From Moniliella sp. 'wahieum' (lineage: Eukaryota): DNA of 64,000 nucleotides. The position numbers and the translations under genes were made by a program. This document shows, piece after piece, positions 50,386 to 61,432 of this stretch (within the stretch, counting starts at the first letter, position 1; every line of letters begins with the position of its first letter). The stretch lies in contig RSEE01000144.1 of NCBI GenBank assembly GCA_003971905.1, forward strand, positions 1-64,000, given 5' to 3'. Under the pieces are notes generated by a model. It was not told the DNA's origin and made no database searches. It worked only from the letters and a program-made list of their open reading frames with translations.

Positions 50386-53300
50386 TTAAGAAGACACCCG
50401 CGGTCTGAACACCAGTTCAAAGATTTTTTGCTCGTCGTACCCTGGTATGGAGGAAGGCATCAAAGGTGAGGGAGCCTGTGCAGGTTGTTTGCCAAACCTA
50501 CGATGATTGCCGCTCTGCGTATTCTGTGTGCGAGGCATCACCACCACATCGGCCGAGACGAGTTCCCAATTGGTACCGGCCAAGACCTGTATCGAGCGTC
50601 CATCGGTGGTGCGAACCTCAATCAGTTGCGGGCTAATGGCAACCAAATACTTGCCTCGCTGCACCACCTCCTGGGCCGGCCTTCCCAGCGAAACGCACGT
50701 TCCAACCGCGTAGGCGAACCGCGCGACTGTCCTGTTCTTCCGACAAGACGTACACCCCATATTTTTCGTACACGAGCAAAATGTCATGTCGGGCGCGAGA
50801 CGCGGGATTGCGGGGCGGGGAACCGAAAAGAGACAAAGAACTTGATTGCCCTCCAACTCGTTGCGTACCACACTCGCTTCGGCACTCGTCCTAGCCCATC
50901 CATCGCGACTGCTGAACCATTGTGCATCTCGGGCCGCACACCTTGCGCTGCGTCGATCAGGTCTTGGTGCGTATCGGCGTTCAATGTAGTAAAGTTCGGC
51001 AAGGGGATCGCTGGCTGCCTCGCGTCCAGAGGGTTCATAATGTCCACCCCACCCGCATCGATCACTGCCACGTCCGATCTGTACAGTTGGAACGTACGGG
51101 GGTTGTTCTTAGTCGAGTGCAGATGGTGCTCCGCATTGACGCGGAGGTTGGTGCAACGCCATTTGCTCGTCGGGATGAATTTGCGAAAACGAGAAGAATT
51201 GGAGGAATGGGCAGGCGAGGTGTCAGGGGCGACGATGAGATGACGAAAGTCGGAGGTTTTGCGGTGCTGCTGGTATATCAAGACGGCCTGCCCCCCTGCT
51301 TTGCCCATTCGCATCATCCCCACGTCGTCATCTCGAGGATACCGGCTGATGCATGCCTTGTCGTGTTCCATCCTTCTTGCATCGCGGGACAAGACTGCGT
51401 CCAATGGATACACCGACAAGGTAGTACCCAGCTGCAACACCAGCGTTCCGGCGTAGTACTCGTCCCCCACCGTGGGTGCAAACAAGGCCATGTTGACAAT
51501 GTTTTCCGCCGGCAGGACCAATGCCAGCTTTTCCCATCCTCGCTTGCCGAGCCATACCCCCGATTTGGTCGCGACGGCAACCCAGTTTACCCCCATGTTG
51601 GACTGAAAGACAAGCGCTTTGACGATTGACATGTCGGACTTAGGGACCGTCCGACTGGCAGAAGGAGGTGTGGTAGGATTAGTAGCCACGTTGAAGATTT
51701 GCTCAGTCAGCAGGTTGTTGATCAGCATTGGCACATCTCGCGACAGTTGGATATTGCGTGTATCCACCTCCCACTACTGCACCTTCTCTTCAATCTCATC
51801 TCGCCTCGAGGCAGAGGTGACGTAGAGATGGATGGGGCCAGTGTAAAAGTGTCCGACGCTAAAGGGATACAAAAACTTGTCCTTCCCGCACGGTATAGCA
51901 GGCTCATCAAATCTCCCTATCTCCAGCGCTTCCAGAAGAATTGGCTATCTAGACCCAGCGAGAAAGCACGAGAGCGTCAGTACCGTCCCTTTTCCCCCAA
52001 ATTGGGTCTCCCAAACATCACACAAGAGGAAACCACAGCACGAGAAGCACGTACCCTCCAACTCAACTGAAACCCTGGTGTCGGCAGCAGTTTCGTGTCC
52101 AAGCTGGGATCCCATTCGGCCAAGGCACGATCCGCAACGTAGTACGGATCGTCAATTTCAGAGGTTCGCGTAGAATGGAGAATGAGATGTTTCACCGATA
52201 CCTCTACGGGTTTGAGCAGCAAGAGGAACGTGTCGGTGATCACAAGGCGTAAAGGATCGGTCAATCGCGCTTAGCGTACACTGCCTCTTCTTTTTCCATG
52301 CCCAGCTTGACCCTGCGGCGGAAGGAATCCAACGCCATGGCGGAAACTATGGTGGCGTCCCCAATTCCGACATTGAATTTCCAAAGGAGTGTTTGTTGGA
52401 GCTTCAACGCATTGCTTCGTGAATTGATGGCGTCCGTGCAGTCATCAAATACAAAAAGGCGATGCCATTACACTTTCTCAAGGCACGCTGTAAGGATTCC
52501 TGTTCCTCCTTCATATCCAGCTTGGTCGGCCCGTCAGCTAGACTAGTAGCGACGTCTGTTGTCACGTCTAGAAGCTTTGTGATGAGCTCGGGGTAAGCTT
52601 GACACACTAACGATCGTCCGCGATCGAGAAACGATGTAAGATCATTCTTGTGTGTCTGCGGAATCCGACCAAGGTCACTCCAAAATGCGTCAAAGTGAGG
52701 ATTGCAAAGACGGTCCATCCTCAAATCGTCCACGAACCACATCATCCGGATATAATACGCCCGCATCATGAATAAGAACCGATAACGATCCAAATGCTCC
52801 TCCATGAGACCGCCCACATGGGTAATGTACCCGTCGCGCGCTTCCTGGAGATGCGCTTTACCAGTTCATTCAAAAACGGTTGGTGGAATTCGATCACCTC
52901 TTGCGTCACCTTGAGCATCTGTTCGCACAGTTTCTCGTCCCGGCTCGGCGATGGCTTCAATCCGGTTTGCGCCTTCGCTCCGGTCTTGGGGCGGTGTTGA
53001 GGGGCAAGACGCCACTCTGGAGGGAAGGCAAGAGGACGTGCCTTAGCAACCGCATTCCAGCAACAAATCCAGCTTGGATCTGGCACAGTTCTGTGAGCAC
53101 GTTTTGTCGTTTCTCCTCTTCTTCTCCACTGTGGTGAAGTCTGGTCGCGGCGTGGGGGGGGGAACATTATTTGGCTCCACGAGGGTCGGTGCTTAGTGTT
53201 GTCCAACTTGTACGCCAGTATATCTTCCATCGATGCGAGTATGCGCTCGTTCGGCCTCAGTTTTACTAAGAAAATATCGCTTTGTCGTGGAGAGGCGATG

Positions 53301-53549
53301 TTGGATTGTGTGGCGGACAGAGGAGGGATGAAATACTCAGATGAACTCGAGTAGGAGGACGGATTGGGGGCGGCACGTGGGGTCCGGGAGGTGGCAAAAG
53401 GAAGAAGTGCCGGTTACGGCAGAGGCACGGGCGGTTGCATCAACTGACTGAGAGCCAAAAAAAGACGGTGGTCGCATCCTCGCTGGAGCTGGCCCAGCCG
53501 GTAGAGAGGGGTTGCTGCTTTCTCTTCTTCTGTCCTGCCCGTCGAGCAT
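50386..53549 (-). CDS. Divergent Rho guanine nucleotide exchange factor (DH-PH-CNH; Rom1/Rom2/Tus1-like)
   Basis: DH-like QEVIEFHQPFLNEL...FDAFWSDLGRIPQTHKNDLTSFLDR...YPELITKLLDVT. PH-like LVITDTFLLLLKP. CNH-like AVATKSGVW, LSVYPLDAV, VGMMRMGKAGGQAVLIY, YLVAISPQLIEVR...SIQVLAG, QKIFELV. Boundaries are approximate. Confidence 0.7.
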
Positions 53550-53910
53550 GGAGGAAGGCAGAGTAATGTTGTCCTCGTCGTCCTCAATTGTTTGAGTGGG
53601 GGCTTGCTATCGCCTCCCGGAATCAAAAAAGTAGGGTGAGGAGGAGGGAAGGATGTGGGCACTAGCTCCATGACATCAGGATTGAGAACGCGGAGGGTGG
53701 CAGATGGGCCGGCACGGCATGGGCAAGTGTGGGGGAGTAGCAGCCATGTATATAAGAGGGGGGGAATCGGGGCTGCGAGAGTAGGATGTGAGACAGGTGA
53801 GTGCATAGCAATGGGCCAAGGCGGGCATTATAGCGGTGGGCTCCGTGCCGCTTCGGGGTGGTATGATGGCGGGAGCTCCCAGAGATTCTGGCAGTCGTTG
53901 TGTAGGTCCG

Positions 53911-54333
53911 TCAACTCGGCGATGAGTCTCCCCTTGACGCTGGAGGCGAAGTGATCGCTGTAGGTGGTGTGGGGATAAAAAAACCTGCGTCGGCCATTGC
54001 ACAGAGACGCTCAGCAGCGTACCCGCGGGCGGCCTCGTTGAAAGTGGCAGGATCGCGGGGATTTTCTGCGGAGGTTGCTTGTCCAACTTGGGGCGGACCC
54101 GCGGCGCGGGCGAGTCTGAAGGTAGCGCCGGGTGGGACGACGCCAAAAAGGGCACTGATGCGTGGCTTGATGGCTGCGGCAAGAAGGTCGACGAGGCGCA
54201 GTGAGGTGGTTGGCTGCGGGGCGGTGGTGGCGAGGATAATGGTGAGGTGGGAAAGGAGGCAGGGGTTGGTTTTGATGATGCCATCAGAGGCGGTATGGAT
54301 GTTGGGGAGGTCGTCATCCTGGGCAGCAGGCAT
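53911..54333 (-). CDS. Possible orphan ORF (140 aa)
   Basis: ATG at 54333 preceded by a CT-rich leader, and a protein-like composition. No family recognised. Confidence 0.3.
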   Translation of the reverse strand: MPAAQDDDLPNIHTASDGIIKTNPCLLSHLTIILATTAPQPTTSLRLVDLLAAAIKPRISALFGVVPPGATFRLARAAGPPQVGQATSAENPRDPATFNEAARGYAAERLCAMADAGFFIPTPPTAITSPPASRGDSSPS

Positions 54334-55136
54334 GGCGGCGACGAAGGAAGGGTGGCGGCAAGGCGTGGAGATGGATGAGGAGGAGGAAGAGGGGCAGACG
54401 GATGGAGAGGTGATGTGCGGAGGACTTGGGATTGAGGAGAGTAGGAACGCTGCGGCTCGGATGGACTACGAATGGGCGCAGCAACAGCTACGTGCTAATA
54501 CACCGTCATAGGAGGTACGAAGTATATATACAACACACGCAGCCATCATCACTCGCTGCGCCAGACCGGCGCATCTGCTCTGCCCTGCTGTGCCGCTGTG
54601 GCGGAGAGTTGGGACGGATCCAGAAGAGGCAAGGGTTTTCGGATCCCTCACTGCCAACACAACCACTGTTTGGAGTGGCATATGGGACTCTATCGTATAT
54701 CATCCATCGTGTGCCTGCCACATCTACACGTCGCGGTGGGTTTGTGTCGAGCCGTGCTGCCGCCTGAGGCCCTCTGCTCCCGAAAGGGGAATATGCTTCG
54801 TCATGGTTTGCTCAGAAGCCTGTTTAACGTTTATATGGGCATCGCCATCAGTATTTACTTGTCGGGGTCTAATGGCGGCCCATATATAGTTAGTACATAT
54901 GCAGCGTTCATACGCAGCCTTGAGTTCAAGCTTCAAGTCAGATAAAGCTGATCCGAGTCCCGCTTGCATCGGCCACAGCACATATATGCCCTTTGTGGTA
55001 CACGAGATCCACACACACCGCTGCTAGTATATTCTCTCAACATAGCACCAACACAACTTAAAAGAAAGGGACGAAGAAACGCTGCGCCTGTGTGTCACAC
55101 TGGATGCCAGTTCGCGCCAACCCATTCAGGAACCCA

Positions 55137-55368
55137 TGTGTACGGTGGTCGCCGTGGTGGTGGCCGTCGCGGTGGCGGACGGAGCGGGGGTGGATTCGGT
55201 TCGCGCGACGTTCGTTCCTCTGGTGGCGGCGACCGTTCGGTCCCGGCTATTAACGCCGGTGGCTTTGGTGTCAACTCGTACGGCGGTGGCTTCAACTCGT
55301 TTGGTGGCCCGCCGTCGACGAACACCGGCGGTGCCTACTCGGCCCAGTCGGGTGGCTCGTGGTGGTAA
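55137..55368 (+). pseudogene. Isolated Ded1/DDX3-like C-terminal RGG tail fragment
   Basis: YGGRRGGGRRGGGRSGGGFGSRDVR...SYGGGFNSFGG...AQSGGSWW*. The GGFG.RD.R motif and terminal SWW are typical of Ded1/DDX3 C-termini. No DEAD-box motifs upstream. Confidence 0.6.
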
Positions 55369-57143
55369 CAGGACACTACCTCGTTGCCCGCATGCTCCCC
55401 TATGCCCCATTTTGCCCTTTCTACTAATTACTGTGCCATCTTGCGCTGCCACATCTCCCCCACGGAGCACAGGTACCCGTCGTAGAGAGCCCCGCCCTGG
55501 CTATGTCTCCAAAACGTTCCTTCCTCGAGGAACCCCACCCTCCCCCTGTCGAAATCGACTGGACTACGTCTCTGTCATACATTCCGCTGCTCTTCCCGTA
55601 CCACTGGACAATGGTCGTTGTTTTATTGTGTTGGTACGAGACTGCTATATGACACAGCAATGCGAAGAGACCGCAACATATTAATATACTCTTTCTTGAG
55701 CACGCTCCATGGGGGGCACATCTGTTGCCCCACCTTCCATAATACAGCTAGTTTTGTCGACAAGCCTGCGGCCAAGGCTGTTGCGGAGAAACTGGAGAGC
55801 GTTATAACCGGATAACCCTCTCCTATAACTGAAGCTTTACGCCGAGAGGAAGGCCCTTCACAGTCCCTCCGAAACCCTGGGGTTACCCTGCACACAGGAG
55901 CTCTGCTGTTTTATATCAATTTCTCGCTTCTGTAATATGACTTTCCTTTTCTTGTTCTAGAGTTGGGCGCGGGCACTGGCTCGTTTGATACCGCTGTAGG
56001 TGTGGCGGATTGACAGAGATTGAACTACAGTCGCCACCACAAAGAGTCTGCACCCCCTCAAAATGAGAGAGGGCTATCATCTTATTCTCCAAGACCTCAA
56101 CTCATCCTACTACGGGTGTTGCCGCGGGTGTGACGCTGCAATATGCGTGGTCACACACAGTCCACCCCCCCACCCCTTGTCTGTCCCCTTGCCTCTCTGC
56201 GTATAGTGGTGTGGATTATAGAGGACAGGGACAGCAGTGCAATGTCGTGTGCGAAAGCCTTCATAGAAAAACAACGGTGAAGCACGAGTATGGGAGCGCT
56301 GAAGTACACTGTGAACTGTGACCCTGTGAGAGAGTGCCCACAGCTGATTGGCAGCCATCAGCTCTGCAATTTCTTGCGTGGCGCTGATTTCGAGACACAG
56401 AAATGCCGATGGGTGCGCGCGCACGATAGTCCCGGCGCGCCCTCCGTTCCAATTGGTATTATAATAGTGGCTGCGAGAGGGTTGGGCAATGGGGCAGACC
56501 GAGGGCCCGAGGCGGGCCGAGGAGCGGAGATGATGATGGTGCCCCCGTCTGGGTTGGACGTTGTGCTGTTGGGGGCGCAGAGAGGGAGAGGGGGAGGGAG
56601 GAAGTGTAGTGGCACAAAAAAAGAGAAGAGCGACAGTTTGAGTTGGCCTGCGGATGGCTTCCAATCAAATCACTGGGGCTGGGGGCTGTGTGGGAGCGGC
56701 GATAGGAGTGGGGCTGGGCAGCATAGCTGTCGCCTGGGCCTGTGTTTGGCTGGTTGCCTTTGCCCCCCCAAAGAGATCCCGGGAGTGATGCATGATGGAT
56801 GATCAGGATCGCCACCCGGTGTTATCCCCGCCAGGGCCGCTGCACGGAGGCAGTGTGGGGACAGCGGAATTAAGCATGCTGCCCGCCTGCTGCGGGCTGG
56901 GGCCCTCGCCTGCTGCTCCACCCTCGGGCACCGGCGGCGGCGGTGCGGCGTGTGCGCGTCCGCAGTATAAGCGAGAGGACCGCATTCAGCTTTCCGTACG
57001 GGCTCTGCTGATTCCCGTGGGGGCAGCTGGCATGTGCCGCACCAATCGTATAAATCCACCCGCCCACGTGGCGCCCAGCCCACCTGCCCCGCCCCCACAC
57101 CCTCCCTCCCGCACCCCCTCGTCTTCCCCGCCACCGCACCGCC

Positions 57144-60100
57144 ATGTCGTCCAAGGGTACGTCCGCCCCCCCCCTCCCCTCCCGCATTCACACTCACCCC
57201 GCCTTCTGCGCCCCCCGCCACCAGCCATCCGCGAGTTTGACGCCAAACTTCTCGTCAACTACTGGCTCCCGCGCGCCCCCATCTTCAGCGACCAGGTCGC
57301 TGTATCCCACTCCTTCCCCTCGCCTCCGCCCCAGGTCGCCCAAGTCGCATGGGACCCGGCCACCGGCGCCCTCACCCCCGACAACCAGCTCCCGTCCTGG
57401 GTCTTCCACTCCAAGCTCGTCGCCAAGCCCGACCAGTTGATCAAACGCCGCGGCAAGGCAGGCTTACTCAAGCTCAATGTCGACTGGCCCGCCGCCAAGC
57501 AATGGATTGCCGACCGGGCTGGCAAGCCTCAAAAGGTGCGTCTTGTTCTCTCTTTCTCTCTCGTGTCCTAATGCGAAGAGGGGTTCTGACACACACAATC
57601 CCCACCAACAGGTTGAGTCGGTCGTCGGTACTCTCAACAACTTTATCGTAGAGCCCCTCTTCCCCCACAAGCCCGAGGAGGAATACTATGTCTGCATCAA
57701 CTCCACTCGCGAGGGAGACCGCATCCTCTTTACTCATGAGGGGGCGTGGATGTGGGCGATGTCGATGCTAAGGCGCTTCAACTCCTTATTCCCGCCGACC
57801 CTCAGCTTCCTGTCCCCTCGCGGGAAGAATGGACATTGACCCTGCTCCCATTCGTGCCTGAAAGCAAGCAAGAGCTTCTTACCGACTTTCTCATTCGCCT
57901 TTATTCGGTCTATGTCGAGCTCCACTTTGCGTACCTCGAGATCAACCCCTTGGTTTGCACTTCCGACGGAACCATCGCTTACCTCGACATGGCTGCTAAA
58001 CTTGATCAGACGGCCGAGTTCCTTTGTGGCCCCAGCTGGGCCATAGCTCGTGACCCGGCCATCGTACTCGGAACTTCGACGGGCACCACCGTCAAGGGGG
58101 AGGAGCGAGGTCCACCCATGTTTTGGCCTGCTCCCTTTGGCCGTGACTTGACCAAGGAGGAGGCATACATTTCCAAGCTTGACTCGGGCACGGGAGCTTC
58201 GCTCAAGCTGACTGTGCTCAATGCCACTGGCCGCATCTGGACCATGGTGGCCGGAGGGGAGCGTCCGTGGTTTACGCGGATGCGATTGCCGCCCATGGCT
58301 TTGCTCATGAGTTGGCCAACTATGGCGAGTACTCGGGTGCACCGACGGAGACGCAAACGTACGAGTATGCGAGCACCTTGCTTGACTTGATGACCCGTGG
58401 CGTCCCGCATCCCGATGGAAAGATTCTCATTATCGGGGGCGGGATTGCCAACTTTACCAATGTTGCGGCCACGTTCAAGGGCATTATTCGTGCCCTGAAG
58501 GAGTACCAGCCCAATTTAATTGACCACCAGGTTCAAATCTTTGTGCGTCGCGGTGGCCCCAATTACCAAGAGGGGCTAAAGAACATGCGTCTTTTGGGCG
58601 ACAATTTGGGGGTGCCCATTGCCTCTTTGGTCCTGAGACCCACATTACCGATATTGTGCCCTTGGCTCTTGGTCTAAAGTCACTGGAGCAAGTTCAGCTC
58701 GGAATTCAAGCCGTCGAGCTCCCCACCAGCAAGCCGGCAGGAGGCAAAACCGTCTCGGAACCCAAGCCAGCCTCTTCCTCGGATTCGTCGCAGCACACTC
58801 GCTACGCTACGGTGCTGTCGCAAGCTGGTGCGGCAGCGACGTCGCGGCCCACCGGCCGTCGTACTGCCCCTTTGACGAAACGACCCGCTCCTTTGTCTAT
58901 GGCATGCAAGCCCGTGCCATCCAGGGAATGCTCGACTTTGACTTTAGCTGTGGCCGTGCTACCCGTCGGTGGCTGCCATGATCTACCCCTTTGGCGGTCA
59001 TCATCTCCAAAAGCTGTACTGGGGAACGAAGGAGACTGTGATTCCGGTCTACACTTCGTTGGCCGATGCCTGTGCCAAGCACCCAGATGTGGATGTGGTG
59101 GTGAATTTCGCGTCGTCGCGGTCGGTGTACAGCTCGTCGCTGGAGGTGTTTCAGTTTCCGCAGCTGCGAGCGCTGGCGCTGATTGCCGAGGGTGTGCCCG
59201 AGCGCTATGCACGTGAGATTCTCTGGCGGGCCAAAAAGTCGAACGTGCTGGTGATTGGTCCGGCCACCGTGGGCGGGATCAAGCCGGGGTGCTTCCGGAT
59301 TGGCAACAGTGGCGGGATGATGGACAACATTCTTACTTCCAAACTGTACCGTCCGGGCTCGGTGGGCTATGTGTCCAAGTCGGGCGGCATGTCCAACGAG
59401 CTCAACAACATTCTTGCTCTCACTACCAATGGTACCTACGAGGGCATTGCCATTGGTGGCGATCGGTACCCTTCCACCACGTTTATTGATCATCTGCTGC
59501 GATACGAGCAAGACCCAAAGTGCAAGCTTCTCCTTCTCCTCGGCGAGGTGGAGGTGAGGGTGGAGGAGTACCGAGTGATTGAAGCGGTGAAGCGGGGGCT
59601 GATCAAGAAGCCCATTGTGGCCTGGGCGATTGGAACGTGTGCAGACATGTTTACGACCGAGGTGCAGTTTGGTCATGCAGGTTCGATGGCCAACTCAAAG
59701 TTGGAGACGGCCGCGTCCAAGAATGCAGCGATGAAGGCAGCCGGGTTTATTGTGCCCGACACGTTTGAGGATTTGCCCAAGGTGCTACGAGCGACGTATG
59801 AGCGTCTGGTCACCCAGGGCAGTATTGTGCCCGCACCCGAGGCGCCGCCGCCCAACATCCCGCTCGACTACAACTGGGCGCGGGAGCTGGGCATGGTACG
59901 AAAGCCAGCCGCGTTCATCTCTACCATCTCGGACGAGCGCGGGGCCGAGCTGCGTTACGGTGGGATGCCCATCTCGGAGGTGATCAATTCGGGCATGGGG
60001 GTGGGTGGGGTGATCAGTCTGCTGTGGTTCAAGCGCCAGTTGCCAGAGGAGTGCACCAAGTTGATTGAGATGGCGGTGATGTTGTGTGCGGACCATGGTC

Positions 60101-60682
60101 CGGCCGTGTCGGGGCGATGAATACGATCATCACGACGCGTGCGGGCAAGGACTTGGTTTCGTCGCTGTGCTCGGGCCTGTTGACAATTGGGTCGCGGTTT
60201 GGGGGTGCGCTGGATGATGCGGCGATTGAGTTTTCCAAGGCGTTCGATGCCGACTTGACGCCGCGGAGTTTGTCGACTCGATGCGCAAGCAGCAGCGTCT
60301 TATCCCAGGGATTGGGCACAAGATCAAGTCGTTGCGCAACCCAGACCAACGGGTGGTGCTGGTGGTGGACTATGTGCAGAAACACTTGCGCTCGCACCGG
60401 CTGTTGGACTATGCGCTTCGTGTGCAGGAGGTGACGACGGCCAAGAAGGACACGCTCATCCTCAATGTGGATGGGGCGATTGCGGTGGCGATGGTGGACA
60501 TGTTGCGCGACTCGGGTGCGTTTACGGCGGACGAGGCGCAGGAGTACATTGATCTCAAGTTCCTCAATGGCCTGTTTATTGTGGCTCGGTCGATTGGGTT
60601 TGTGGGCCACCACTTGGACCAACGCCGGCTGCGCTCGGCGCTCTACCGCCACCCGGGCGAGGACATCTTCTACTTTTCCTAA
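57144..60682 (+). CDS. ACL1: ATP-citrate lyase, single fused polypeptide
   Basis: [145 protein letters not shown]. Introns at ~57157-57225 and ~57536-57611. Confidence 0.97.
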
Positions 60683-61133
60683 GCAGCGATGGGGGGGGCG
60701 GGGGCGGTCTGGGTATGGCTGGGCCCGCGTGGTGAGGGGGAGGAGCAGAATGGGATCCGAAGCGTTCGAGTATGAGCTGCTGGCTATATAACTCTTCTCG
60801 ATCTTGGCCTCGATGCTCGGTGTGGATGGGGGATGGCATGAGGACAGACATAGTTGTTGGGCATATCCTGTCACGTGGCCGCGTTGTGACTTTGGTTTTG
60901 TCGGCTGCCCCACTTGGCACCACTCGGGGTTAGAGCGGCGCGGAGGCCGGCGCGGAGAGGCGGGGGGATGGGGTGTTCCGTGCATGCGAGGACGCGCCAT
61001 ATGGCCTAGGAGGCGCCACGGTGGGCAGGCGCGTGCAGCAGGCAGCGGATGGCGATGGGCATGGCGATGCAGGCGCGCAAGATGGCATGCGGCATGTGGG
61101 GGCACATGCGCACACATGGTCCGCTGCTTCCAG

Positions 61134-61161
61134 TCACATGTCACGCGTCACCAGTCACCGG
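61134..61161. repeat. TCA-N4 periodic array with four different spacers
   Basis: TCA catg TCA cgcg TCA ccag TCA ccgg. Confidence 0.85.
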
Positions 61162-61432
61162 CCCCAGCGCAGGCGACATGTGACAGCCCCCATCACACGT
61201 CCATGTCACCATCCCCTCGCCCTTCTCCGCTCTTGGGCAGCTGGCCAAATTGCAGGCTGCCAAGCCGCATGCCACGCCCATCCGTTTGCCACACCCCGTC
61301 TTCTCTTGCGGCTTCTCGTCTGTCGTCTTCTTCTCCGCCTCTCTCGGCTTCGCCTCCTTCTTGTTCCTCCTCCTCCGCCTCGTTCTTCTTCGCCCTCCGC
61401 TTCTTCTCAAGCCTCCTCTCCCTCTCCCCTCC

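Noticed and set aside
16626..60682. Programmed ribosomal frameshifting, RNA editing or mass pseudogenisation
   Set aside because: Indels are scattered, mostly homopolymer-associated and hit essential housekeeping genes without other decay, so assembly error is the simpler explanation.
57144..60682. Fused ATP-citrate lyase as a novelty
   Set aside because: A single-chain ACL is the expected state in basidiomycetes; useful for taxonomy only.
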